Part shown: one piece after another, positions 54,896 to 63,607 of the stretch
Numbering within the stretch: position 1 is the stretch's first letter
Layout: every line of letters starts with the position of its first letter
Assembly: GCA_036376245.1 (NCBI GenBank)
Contig: DASVAS010000072.1
Coordinates: 12,959-76,958, forward strand
Source: Thermoanaerobaculia bacterium
GTDB taxonomy: Bacteria; Acidobacteriota; Thermoanaerobaculia; Multivoradales; UBA5704
Reading direction: 5' to 3'
Length of the DNA: 64,000 nt
Notes under the pieces: generated by a model
What the model saw: only the letters and a program-made list of their open reading frames with translations
Databases searched by the model: none
Told to the model about the DNA's origin: nothing
Translations under genes and position numbers: made by a program

Positions 54896-56719
54896 ATGTC
54901 TCGTCCTGCCGTCCTGGTGGTCGATCCGGAGGCGGCCCGGCGCAAGGAGATCTCGCACGGGCTGACCGGCTTTGGCTATGAGGTGATCCCCGCCGTGGGC
55001 GTGGAGGAGGGGCGGCGGTATGCCCGGACGCTGGGGCCGGGGATCGTGGTGGCGCCCGTCGAGGTCGCCCGGGGGGAGGACGGCTCCGTGGCCGAGCGCT
55101 TCGACGCCACCGATCCCACGGCGCAGCACACGCTCCTGCTGCTCGGCGGCGACGAGGAAGAGGGGCGCGAGCTGCCGGAGGACGTCCTCTTCCTCACGGC
55201 GCAGGGGCTGTCGTCCTGGGACCTCGTGCGGCGCATTCATCTCGTGCTCCTGGGCCGCGAGATCGGCGTCGAGCCGGACGCGGAGTTGCAGTCGCTGGTG
55301 GGAGACTTCTCGCTCCTGCCCTTCCTGGAGCTGCTGCGGGCCGCCAACCGGGTGCGCATGACGGGCCGGCTGGTCTGCGCCGAGGGGGAGGTCGTGCTGG
55401 AGGATGGCGAGATGCTCGCCGCCACGGCGGGGCACGCCACCGGGGTCAAGGCGTTCCTGCGCCTGAGCCTGCTGGACGCCGGGCCGTTCTGGATCCAGCT
55501 CCGGCCTGCCACGGGCGTGGGGAAGGAGTTCCAGCAGGACCTCAAGTCCATGATCTTCCTGGCCCTGGAAGACCGGCTGCACGACGCTCCCGATCCGCGG
55601 GCGCGGGTGCGGGTCCATCTCGGTCCCCGCTTCTTCGAAACCCGCTTCTCGCCGCGCCAGCAGGAGATGCTCGCGCTGATCCCGGGTTGCGTCACGGTGG
55701 GGCGCCTGCTCGACGCCATGCCGGCGGCGACCGACGGCGAGATCCTGCGCGATCTCCTGGGGCTTCGCGAGATGGGGATCGTCACGCTGGAGGAGCCGGA
55801 GGAGCTGGTCCGGATCGTCACCGATTCGACCTCGGACCTGCCGCCGGAGGTGGCGCGGGCGAACGGCATCCACGTGGTGCCGGTGCTGGTGCTGTTCGGC
55901 GACAAGGTCTACCACGACGGGGTCGATCTCAAGGCCAAGGAGTTCTACGAGCTGCTGGAGAAGGGGCCGGCTCATCCGCGGACGAATCCCACGCCGAAGG
56001 CCGACTTCCTGGACGTCTACCGGTCGCTGGCGCCGCGGAAGGACATCGTCTCCCTGCACATTTCGGAGAAGCTCTCGCAGACGGTGGTGCACGCCCGGCA
56101 GGCGGCGGAAGAGGGGCTGCCCGAGTACCAGAAGCAGCGCGGCGAGGCCGAGCGCGTAGTGCTGCGGGTGGTGGACACCCGCCAGGCCAGTCTCGGGCTC
56201 GGTCTGATGACCCTGTTCGCCACCCGCATGGCGCGGCGGGGCGTCGAGCCGGACGCCATCGTGGAGCGCATCGAAGCCATGCGGGACCGGGTGCACGTCC
56301 TCTTCGTGGTGGACACGCTGGAGTACCTGGCCCGGGGCGGGCGCATCGGCAAGGCGCGGGCGCTGCTGGGCAACCTCCTGGGGATCAAGCCGATCCTGGG
56401 CGTGGTGGACGGCGAGATCGTGTCCGTGGACAAGGTGCGGGGGGGCCGCGCGGCGCATCCCAAGCTGATCGAGCTGTTCAAGGAGCGGGTAGATCCCCAA
56501 AAGCCGGTGCTGGCCGCCATCGCCCACGCCAAGGCCCCCGTCTGGGCCGACCGCCTGCGCGGCCTGGTCGAGAAGAGCTTCCAGGCGCGGGAGATCCTGA
56601 TGGGAGAGATGGGCCCCGTCGTAGCCGCCAACGCCGGCCCTGGGACGGTGGGCGTGGCGCTGTTCCAGCCGACGGAGGAGGAGCTGGAGCTGATCGCTCC
56701 TATCCAGGAGACAACCTAG
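54896..56719 (+). CDS. DegV family (fatty-acid-binding) domain fused to an N-terminal receiver-like/DUF4388-like region
   Basis: C-terminal 290 aa match DegV (IVTDSTSDLP, GIHVVPVLVLFGDKVY, VVDTRQASLGLG, GGRIGKA); the N-terminal 300 aa resemble a CheY-like fold (VLVVDPEAARRKEISHGLTGFGYEVI) plus a helical domain. Confidence 0.65.
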   Translation: MSRPAVLVVDPEAARRKEISHGLTGFGYEVIPAVGVEEGRRYARTLGPGIVVAPVEVARGEDGSVAERFDATDPTAQHTLLLLGGDEEEGRELPEDVLFLTAQGLSSWDLVRRIHLVLLGREIGVEPDAELQSLVGDFSLLPFLELLRAANRVRMTGRLVCAEGEVVLEDGEMLAATAGHATGVKAFLRLSLLDAGPFWIQLRPATGVGKEFQQDLKSMIFLALEDRLHDAPDPRARVRVHLGPRFFETRFSPRQQEMLALIPGCVTVGRLLDAMPAATDGEILRDLLGLREMGIVTLEEPEELVRIVTDSTSDLPPEVARANGIHVVPVLVLFGDKVYHDGVDLKAKEFYELLEKGPAHPRTNPTPKADFLDVYRSLAPRKDIVSLHISEKLSQTVVHARQAAEEGLPEYQKQRGEAERVVLRVVDTRQASLGLGLMTLFATRMARRGVEPDAIVERIEAMRDRVHVLFVVDTLEYLARGGRIGKARALLGNLLGIKPILGVVDGEIVSVDKVRGGRAAHPKLIELFKERVDPQKPVLAAIAHAKAPVWADRLRGLVEKSFQAREILMGEMGPVVAANAGPGTVGVALFQPTEEELELIAPIQETT

Positions 56720-56983
56720 AACGAAGGCGGTAGAGACGTCCCCAGCCCGTTTCAGAACACCGCCCGCAGACCTTCGACGTCGGGGCGTCTCTTGGCGGGG
56801 ATCAACCTTGAAATTGCGAGGACGCACCGCGTCCGGGTTTGTCAGGCGATAACGTGACGCCCCGCGTCCTGTCCTCTGGATCGGTATCGCCGCTCCGGAG
56901 ACGCCCCGACGTTGGGGCCTGCGGAGGGCGTTCTGAAACGGGCAGGGGCGTCTCTACCGCCTTCGCCGGAGGTTCTCGAGCGG

Positions 56984-57853
56984 ATGAACGGAAGAAAACG
57001 GATCGCCTTCGTAACCCACGCCGGTCTGCCCGGTCTGGCGGCGGACGACCGTCTGGCGGTGGAGGAGCTGGTCCGCCGGGGCGCCGAGGTCGCGCCCGCG
57101 GTGTGGGACGACCCCGGCGTCCAGTGGTCCGGCTTCGACAGCGTCGTCCTCCGCTCGACCTGGGACTACCACTTGAAGCTGTCTTCCTTCCTCGACTGGC
57201 TGGATCGGCTGGAAGGGGAGGGCGTGCCGCTGTGGAATCCGGCGGCGGTGGTGCGCGCCAACTTGGACAAGGGCTATCTGGTGGATCTCGCCGACTCCGG
57301 GGTCCCTGTCGTTTCCACCGTACGAGTAGAGAAGGGGAGCGCGCCGAACCTCGCGTCGCTCCTGGACGAGCGGGGCTGGACGGACGTGGTGATCAAGCCC
57401 GCCGTCTCGGCCTCGGCCTTCCGAACCTGGCGGACCTCCCGCTCTCAGGCCGCGGCGGAACAATCCACTTTCGAGGAGCTCCTGGTCTCCTCAGCCGCAC
57501 TGGTGCAGCCGTTCCTGCCGGAGATCCAGACGCGGGGCGAGTGGTCCATCATGTTTCTCGGCGGCGAATACAGCCACGCGGTCCTGAAGCGGCCTCGCGA
57601 AGGGGACTTCCGCGTCCAGGAGCATCTCGGCGGATGGTCGGAGCCGGAGGCGCCCGGTCCCAGGCTGATCGCGCAGGCCAGGGCCGCGGTGGAGACGATC
57701 CCCGGTCCCTGGCTCTACGCCCGGGTGGACGGCGTAGAGACGGACGCGGGGCTGCTCCTCATGGAGTTGGAGCTGACGGAGCCTTCCCTGTTCCTGGGGA
57801 CCGATCCGAAGGCGCCGGCCCGGTTTGCGGAGGCGATCCTGGCGCGGTCATGA
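56984..57853 (+). CDS. ATP-grasp fold protein (RimK/glutathione-synthetase-like ligase)
   Basis: Pre-ATP-grasp N-domain (RIAFVTHAG), central VVIKPAVSASA and C-terminal EWSIMFLGGEYSHAVLKRP blocks; start at MNGRKRIAFV. Confidence 0.55.
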   Translation: MNGRKRIAFVTHAGLPGLAADDRLAVEELVRRGAEVAPAVWDDPGVQWSGFDSVVLRSTWDYHLKLSSFLDWLDRLEGEGVPLWNPAAVVRANLDKGYLVDLADSGVPVVSTVRVEKGSAPNLASLLDERGWTDVVIKPAVSASAFRTWRTSRSQAAAEQSTFEELLVSSAALVQPFLPEIQTRGEWSIMFLGGEYSHAVLKRPREGDFRVQEHLGGWSEPEAPGPRLIAQARAAVETIPGPWLYARVDGVETDAGLLLMELELTEPSLFLGTDPKAPARFAEAILARS

Positions 57854-58982
57854 TCCTCAGCGTACAGGTCTGAGGCGCCGGAAAGCGCTCACGCGGTCCG
57901 AACAGCCGCAGGTACTCTTCGCCACCCGCGGCGCGAAGGGTGCAGTCTCCCGGACAGGTCTTCCGCGCCGCTTGGCACACCCGAACCAGATCCCGGGAAG
58001 CGGCGACCGCCTTGTAGCGGGCCAGAATGTCCGGATCCAGTCCTCCGGACCGCCAGACCTCCTGGAAGGAACGCCGCGATCCGGGGTCCTCGCTGAGCTG
58101 TTGCCGGATCCAGGCGTAGTCGCGGTCATAGGACTGGAGATAAAGCCGGTACCGGTCGAAGAAGCCGGCGCCCATGAACCGGGCCGTCCAGCGGGTCAGG
58201 AACCAGCCTCCGGAGCGCTCCGCGAGGGAATCGAGGAGTCGCTGGCTGGAGATGGCTCCCAGGACCGTGGCGTCCCGATAGCGGCGCCGCAGGTCGTTGG
58301 AGACCAGGAGCGAAGCGGGAGCGGGGGAGCCCGGCCCGTCGAGTCCGCTCTCCAGATAGGAAATCGCGAGGCGGAGTTGATATTTTTCGACTGTCAACGC
58401 GAAGACCTGGATCACCATCCCCGGCTCGTTCTCCAGGATCGCCGCCTGCCGGCCCAGGCTCCGGATGGCGTCGAGAACCCCGGCGGAATCCCTGTCCTCC
58501 AGAGCGAGGAAGCCCTGGAGGTAGAGCATCCGCGCCAGGGAGATCTGGAGATAGGAGTCCCGCGGGAGCCAGTTCCTCTCACGGTAGTCGATCCCCAGCC
58601 AGGACTCGCCCGGTCCCAGCGAACGCGCCGCCTGGAGGGCCTCGCGGTTCTTCTCCAGCAGGGCCGCCAGCCATGGCCGATTGGACAGCAGGGCAGCCCG
58701 TCCGCCGTTGACGGTTTCGCTCAGGAGATCCCGGTCCGCTTCGGAGACGTTCAGGGACGCGATGGCCGCGAGGAGTTGGGCTCCAGGACTGCCGGGCGGG
58801 GGAGCGGGACGGACGAACCGCTCGATGTCCAAGGAGCCGGCGGCTCTTTCCAGGCGCGCCTTGGCAATCGCGTGGAGGACCCAGCCGGAGGAGACGGTCA
58901 GGAGGAACAGGGTGGCGAGGGCGGCCAGGATCCAGAGATAGAAGCGCGGGATGCGTCTGCGGGGGCGGACCGGGGGCTCCAT
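57759..58982 (-). CDS. hypothetical N-terminally membrane-anchored protein
   Basis: 407-aa ORF with TM helix FYLWILAALATLFLLTVSSGW. No recognised family. Its 3' 95 nt overlap the convergent ATP-grasp gene, so the true stop is uncertain. Confidence 0.35.
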   Translation of the reverse strand: MEPPVRPRRRIPRFYLWILAALATLFLLTVSSGWVLHAIAKARLERAAGSLDIERFVRPAPPPGSPGAQLLAAIASLNVSEADRDLLSETVNGGRAALLSNRPWLAALLEKNREALQAARSLGPGESWLGIDYRERNWLPRDSYLQISLARMLYLQGFLALEDRDSAGVLDAIRSLGRQAAILENEPGMVIQVFALTVEKYQLRLAISYLESGLDGPGSPAPASLLVSNDLRRRYRDATVLGAISSQRLLDSLAERSGGWFLTRWTARFMGAGFFDRYRLYLQSYDRDYAWIRQQLSEDPGSRRSFQEVWRSGGLDPDILARYKAVAASRDLVRVCQAARKTCPGDCTLRAAGGEEYLRLFGPRERFPAPQTCTLRIMTAPGSPPQTGPAPSDRSPGTGKAPSAPTP

Positions 58983-59002
58983 CGCGGTGGAGTATAAGGA
59001 GG

Positions 59003-59192
59003 CGGTCTGCCCTTCGAGACCTCACCCTCGGTCCCTCTCCCATCTCCCTGCCGCCCGCCCCCGGGAGAGGGAGGGCCCTGCGCTTGAGGTCTTCTTGGTC
59101 TCGGCAAGATCGCTGCCTCATCGTTCCCCCTCTCCCGGGTGGCGGGAGGGGGGTGGGAGAGGGGGCCAGGGGGTGAGGATTCGAAGGGCAGA
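59003..59192. repeat. GC-rich MITE-like palindromic element, copy C
   Basis: GCGGTCTGCCCTTCGAGACCTCACCCTCGGTCCCTCTCCC ... CCCTCTCCCGGGTGGCGGGAGGGGGGTGGGAGAGGGGGCCAGGGGGTGAGGATTCGAAGGGCAGAGCGCCCC. Confidence 0.7.
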
Positions 59193-59231
59193 GCGCCCCA
59201 GAGGGCATTCCACCATATATCCTCTCCCCTG

Positions 59232-60824
59232 ATGCACCGCCCGTTCTTTCATCTCTGCCTCCTCTTCCTCGCCGCCCCAGCCCTGGCCCTCCGCCCCCTG
59301 AGCCTCGACCTCCCCGGCGCTCCGGCCGCCGTGATCTCCGCCGACGTCGACGCCGACGGCCGCCGCGACCTCGCGGTGGTGGTGGCCTACAACCAGTGGG
59401 AGGAGATGGCCGTCACCGAGAGCAGCCGGATGGAGGGGATCGACGAGCTCGTGGAGGTCATGACCGTCGTCCCCCAACTGCTGGACCGCCGCGAGGTGCG
59501 CGTCTACCGCGCCCGTCCGGACGGCACCTACGAGCCGCCCCGGTCCCTGGCGCTGCCGCTCTCCGTGCTCGCCCTGGAAGCCGGACCGCCGGGCATGCCG
59601 GTCGTGGCCCTCACCGACGACGGCGTCAGCGCGCTCCGTTTCGAAGCGGGCGCGCTGCGTCTGGAGCCGGTCATCGCCGACGTGCCCGTGATCGCCGGCA
59701 CGGGCAACTTCATGGGCGATCTCAAGCTGATGCGGGACGTCAACGACGACAAGGTCCCGGACCTGCTGCTGCCGGCCCGCGACGGCCTCGCCGTCTATCT
59801 CGGCCGGCCCGAGGAGAAGGGGCTGGCGCGGCGGGCGGCGTCCCGCGTTCCCATTCCCAACGAAGCCTGGCGCTCGACGGGCGATCTGGAACGCCGCTAT
59901 CCGCTGCCCGCGGTGCAGGACGTCACCGGCGACGGGCGGCCGGACCTGATCTTCCGCGATTCCGCCCGCCGCTGGCGCGCCGTCTGGATCGCCCGCAACG
60001 CCGGGCAGGGGAGATTCCAGCCGGCGGTGCAGGTGATGCTGGGCGCGGGCGATCCGCGCGGCCCCAATCCCGTCTGGCTGGGGGATCTCGAAGGCAACGG
60101 CCTGGCCGAGGTGGTGCTGCGCCAGAGCCTGGACGATCCCAAGCGGGGCGGTCTCCGCAAGGAGATGGCCGAGGCCCGCGAGCCCCGCAGCCGCATCACC
60201 TTCCGCCGCCTGACCCGCGACCTCGCCCTCGACAAGGCCGCCTACGGATCGCTCGACGTCACGGGCTACGGCTTCGAGTCCGAGAACGCCGACATGGACC
60301 TGCCCGGCGGCTTCCGGGATCTCAACGGCGACCGCCGTCCCGATCTGGTGACCATGACCCTGGACGTGGGCCTGCCCAAGCTCCTGGGCAGCGTCGCCAC
60401 CAAGCGGCTCACCGTGGGGCTCGACTTCCACGTCTGGTGCCAGCAGAAGGACGGCCGTTTCCAGGCGGTCAAGGGGCTCGATCTCTCGGGAACCTTCCGC
60501 TTCGACCTCAACGACCTGCGCGTCAGCCAGCTCTCCCTCTTCTCAGGGGATTTCGACGGCGACGGGCGCGCCGACTTCGTCCAGATCGGAAGAGGCAAGA
60601 GGGTGACGATCCACCGCGGCCGGGCCGACTGCGGTTTCCCCACCAAGCCGGACATGGCCTTCGATCTGCGCCAAGAGCCCCGCGACCTCTCCCTGGTGCA
60701 GATCCGCGACCTCGACGGCGACGGCAAGTCGGACCTCCTGCTGGTCCAGCCCAAGGGAGCGGTGGAGGATGGGATGGTGCCGCCGGTGCGGTTGGATCTT
60801 TATGTGAGCGGGGGACGGTCATGA
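59232..60824 (+). CDS. secreted FG-GAP (integrin-alpha/VCBS-like) repeat protein
   Basis: Signal peptide MHRPFFHLCLLFLAAPALA; repeats DVDADGRRDLAVV, DVNDDKVPDLLL, DVTGDGRPDLIF, DLNGDRRPDLV, GDFDGDGRADFV, DLDGDGKSDLLLV. Confidence 0.65.
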   Translation: MHRPFFHLCLLFLAAPALALRPLSLDLPGAPAAVISADVDADGRRDLAVVVAYNQWEEMAVTESSRMEGIDELVEVMTVVPQLLDRREVRVYRARPDGTYEPPRSLALPLSVLALEAGPPGMPVVALTDDGVSALRFEAGALRLEPVIADVPVIAGTGNFMGDLKLMRDVNDDKVPDLLLPARDGLAVYLGRPEEKGLARRAASRVPIPNEAWRSTGDLERRYPLPAVQDVTGDGRPDLIFRDSARRWRAVWIARNAGQGRFQPAVQVMLGAGDPRGPNPVWLGDLEGNGLAEVVLRQSLDDPKRGGLRKEMAEAREPRSRITFRRLTRDLALDKAAYGSLDVTGYGFESENADMDLPGGFRDLNGDRRPDLVTMTLDVGLPKLLGSVATKRLTVGLDFHVWCQQKDGRFQAVKGLDLSGTFRFDLNDLRVSQLSLFSGDFDGDGRADFVQIGRGKRVTIHRGRADCGFPTKPDMAFDLRQEPRDLSLVQIRDLDGDGKSDLLLVQPKGAVEDGMVPPVRLDLYVSGGRS

Positions 60825-60842
60825 GGGATAAAGATCGCTGGG

Positions 60843-61033
60843 GCGGCATGCCCTTCGAGACCTCACCCCCTGGCCCCCTCTCCCAGCGCCCTCCCATCCA
60901 CCGGGAGAGGGGGAACGATCCTGTGCCGGCCTTGCTGAATCAAAACGATAACCGCCCGCATACGTCCCCCCTCTCCCGGTTGGGGGGAGGGCGATGGGAG
61001 AGGGGGCCAGGGGGTGAGGGCTCGGAGGGCAGA
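60843..61033. repeat. GC-rich MITE-like palindromic element, copy D
   Basis: GGCGGCATGCCCTTCGAGACCTCACCCCCTGGCCCCCTCTCCCAGCGCCCTCCC ... CCCCTCTCCCGGTTGGGGGGAGGGCGATGGGAGAGGGGGCCAGGGGGTGAGGGCTCGGAGGGCAGACCGCTCC; separates the two FG-GAP genes. Confidence 0.7.
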
Positions 61034-61042
61034 CCGCTCCGA

Positions 61043-62413
61043 CTGGCAATCATCCTTCTGAACCTCCTCTTTCTGATCGCTGTTCGTCCCGGGATCGCCC
61101 AACCCTTCACCGCCACCCTCCCCGGCACCCTCGTGGACGCCGCCGGCGTAACCGGCCCCGGCGGACGTCCCGGCGTCGCTCTCCTGGTCGCGGTGGGGCG
61201 GGACGGCAAGGGCGCGAAAACCCTCCTCTTCCTCGATCCCGCAAGCCGCGGAGTGACCCGCTGGGCCTCCGGGCTGCACGAGGAGGTCAACGCCGTGCGG
61301 GCGTTCGACGTCGCGGGCGACGGCGTGGCCGCTCCCTTGGCCGGCATGCCGGGGCTGTTGTTCACGCCGGCCGGCGGGGGAGCGGCGCGGCGGTTCTTCG
61401 AGCAACAGCATCTGGATCTCCGCTCGGTGACCGGAGCCACGGCGGGCCGGCCCTGGATCGCCACCGCCCGCGCCGGCCTCCTGGAGCTGCTGGGGCGCGG
61501 ACCCGAAGGCGGCCTCGCCCGTATCGCCTCGTTCCCCCTGCCGCTGGAAGCCCAACGGCCCCGCTGGGGATTGCGCATCGCGAGCCCGCCGGTGACCCTG
61601 CTGCCCGGCGATCCGCCGCTCTTCGCCGTGGGACCGAAGGAGGAGGGGCGCCGGTTGCAGACGCTGCTCATCCCGGCGGGCGGCGAGCCGGCGGTGGAAT
61701 CCTGGTCCCTGCTGCCGGCGGGCGAGCGCCTGATGGACGACCGGCGCTATCTCCGCTTCGACGGCGTGCCGGCCCTGGCCGTAGCGAGCTTCGAGAAGGT
61801 CGGGCTTCTGGCCAAGAAGCGCTTCCGCCTCTTCCTCGTGCAACAGGACCGCTCGCGCCGGGGCGGCGGCCCTGTCCTGACGGTCGACACCGACTGCCCC
61901 CTCTGGCTCCCCCTGGACGCCATGTCCGGCGACGCGGACGGCGACGGCAGGAAGGACCTGATCCTCGCTCATCCCGGAGGCTTGCGGGGGAAGGAGATGC
62001 TGCTCGCCGTCCACAAGGGGCTGGGCGAGGGACGTTTCGATCCCAAGCCCCGGCGCTGGAAGGTGAACGCCGAGCCCACCGACTGGCTGTACGGCCCCGA
62101 CCTCTCCGGCGACGGCGTCCCCGATTTCCTGCTCCTCACTGGGGATCGCCTGCAGGTCTATCCTGGAGATCCCAAGGGCTCGCGTCCCCTGGCCGGCAAG
62201 CCGTCGCGGTCGATCCCCATCCCCGGCGCGCCGAAGCGGGACGATGACGACGAAGATCCGGACGTGGGAGACGACGGTCCGGCCCGCGAACGCTTTCTGC
62301 AAGCGGTGGCAATGCCGGGAGGAGGAACGGCGATCCTGGTCCGTGGGGCTACGAAGGACGGGAAGACCGCGCTGACGGTGCTTTCCCTCGCTTCGCCGAA
62401 GCCGCCCGCTTGA
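61043..62413 (+). CDS. second FG-GAP repeat protein (start codon uncertain)
   Basis: Hydrophobic leader LRLAIILLNLLFLIAVRPGIAQP, then GDADGDGRKDLIL and DLSGDGVPDFLL repeats. The only in-frame starts are a CTG at 61043 or a TTG at 60980 lying inside MITE copy D. The track's 1005-aa version is a read-through artefact. Confidence 0.45.
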   Translation: MAIILLNLLFLIAVRPGIAQPFTATLPGTLVDAAGVTGPGGRPGVALLVAVGRDGKGAKTLLFLDPASRGVTRWASGLHEEVNAVRAFDVAGDGVAAPLAGMPGLLFTPAGGGAARRFFEQQHLDLRSVTGATAGRPWIATARAGLLELLGRGPEGGLARIASFPLPLEAQRPRWGLRIASPPVTLLPGDPPLFAVGPKEEGRRLQTLLIPAGGEPAVESWSLLPAGERLMDDRRYLRFDGVPALAVASFEKVGLLAKKRFRLFLVQQDRSRRGGGPVLTVDTDCPLWLPLDAMSGDADGDGRKDLILAHPGGLRGKEMLLAVHKGLGEGRFDPKPRRWKVNAEPTDWLYGPDLSGDGVPDFLLLTGDRLQVYPGDPKGSRPLAGKPSRSIPIPGAPKRDDDDEDPDVGDDGPARERFLQAVAMPGGGTAILVRGATKDGKTALTVLSLASPKPPA

Positions 62414-62981
62414 AGCAGTCGAGCATGTGGTCGTCCACCATCCCCACGGCCTGCATGAAGGCGTAACAGATGGTGGAGCCCACGAACCCGAATCCCCGGC
62501 GCTTGAGCTCCTTGCTCATCGCCTTGGACTCCGCCGTTTCGGGAGGGATCTCCTTGAGGCTCTTCCAGTGGTTGACCTTGGGAGAGCCGCCGACGAATTT
62601 CCACAGGAAGTGGTCGAGGCTGCGGCCCGTGTCCTCGAGGAGCCGGAAGTACGCCTGGGCGTTCTTGATGGTGGCCTCGACCTTGGCGCGGTTGCGGATG
62701 ATCCCGGGATCCGCGAGGAGGCGTTCGACGTCCTTGTCGGTATAGCGGGCGATCTTCGCCGGATCGAACCCGTGAAACGCCTTCCGGTACCCCTCGCGCC
62801 GCCGCAGGACGGTGATCCATGACAGCCCGGCCTGCGCCCCCTCCAGGATCAGCATCTCGAACAGCCGCCGGTCGTCATGGACGGGCACGCCCCATTCCTC
62901 GTCGTGATAGGCGATGTAGAGCGGATCGTCGCTGACCCAGCCGCAGCGGGGGAGGTTGGAAGAGGTGGTCGGGGATGCCAA
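62349..62981 (-). CDS. tag: DNA-3-methyladenine glycosylase I
   Basis: CGWVSDDPLYIAYHDEEWGVPVHDDRRLFEMLILEGAQAGLSWITVL and the C-terminal zinc-binding region; its 3' end overlaps the convergent FG-GAP gene by about 65 nt. Confidence 0.85.
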   Translation of the reverse strand: MASPTTSSNLPRCGWVSDDPLYIAYHDEEWGVPVHDDRRLFEMLILEGAQAGLSWITVLRRREGYRKAFHGFDPAKIARYTDKDVERLLADPGIIRNRAKVEATIKNAQAYFRLLEDTGRSLDHFLWKFVGGSPKVNHWKSLKEIPPETAESKAMSKELKRRGFGFVGSTICYAFMQAVGMVDDHMLDCFKRAASAKRGKAPSARSSRPS

Positions 62982-63046
62982 AGGGGTCTCCTTTCCGGGA
63001 ACGCGGTCCGGGAAGGTAGCATAGGAGAACCAAGGGCGGGACGTTC

Positions 63047-63313
63047 TTACTTCTTCTGGGCTTCCATGTATCTGCGCAAAACCAGGTTGATCCGAGTCTG
63101 GTACCCCTTGCCCTGATTCTTGAACCAGTCGAGCACATCGGGATCAAGCCGGATGGTGATGCTCGGCTTGGCTTGTGGCATGCGCAATTCAGCTTCCGCG
63201 AAGAACGACTCGTCCAAGGGGGGGATATCGGATGTGTCGATCTCCTCGTCCGTCATCCTGTCGATGCGGTCCCAGTCAGTTCGCGAGGACTTTCTCATAG
63301 GCTTGCCGCTCAT
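63047..63313 (-). CDS. brnA: BrnA antitoxin
   Basis: DWDRIDRMTDEEID ... IRLDPDVLDWFKNQGKGYQTRINLVLRRYM matches the BrnA family. Confidence 0.7.
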   Translation of the reverse strand: MSGKPMRKSSRTDWDRIDRMTDEEIDTSDIPPLDESFFAEAELRMPQAKPSITIRLDPDVLDWFKNQGKGYQTRINLVLRRYMEAQKK

Positions 63314-63557
63314 GTTTTACTGCCTTTCTCATCGAGATGATTCGGACGATCTCACCTCCGTTAAGCTCGGTGAAGACCACCACAACCACGCGTCCTTGGA
63401 GGGTCCCGATGCCAGTCCAGCGCTCTTCGCCATAATCCTCTCGGTTGTCCAGGCGGGTCAAAATAGGCGAGTCGAAGACTTCAGGAGCGTCGCGAAAGTC
63501 GAGGCCGTGCTTGCGGAGATTCTCCTGGTTCTTGCGCTCGTCCCATTCGAACCGCAC
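63276..63557 (-). CDS. brnT: BrnT toxin (DUF497 ribonuclease)
   Basis: MRFEWDERKNQENLRKHGLDFRDAPEVF ... IVRIISMRKA; overlaps brnA by 38 nt. Confidence 0.75.
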   Translation of the reverse strand: MRFEWDERKNQENLRKHGLDFRDAPEVFDSPILTRLDNREDYGEERWTGIGTLQGRVVVVVFTELNGGEIVRIISMRKAVKHERQAYEKVLAN

Positions 63558-63607
63558 AGCCTCTAGTGTATGTACAGTCTGTAACTACGTCAAGGAGCGC
63601 CCCGGCC

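Noticed and set aside
54857-57463. 656-aa ORF 54857..56827(-), 55687..56733(+), 56839..57873(+), 56954..57463(-)
   Set aside because: Antisense or off-frame to the DegV-fusion and ATP-grasp genes.
57825-62413. ORFs 57825..58997(+), 58579..59208(-), 59118..60431(-), 59396..62413(+) 1005 aa, 60863..62302(-), 60940..61671(-)
   Set aside because: Shadows of the hypothetical membrane protein and the two FG-GAP genes. Several traverse MITE copies C and D, producing the recurrent PHPLAPSP…RERGNDEEA pseudo-peptides.
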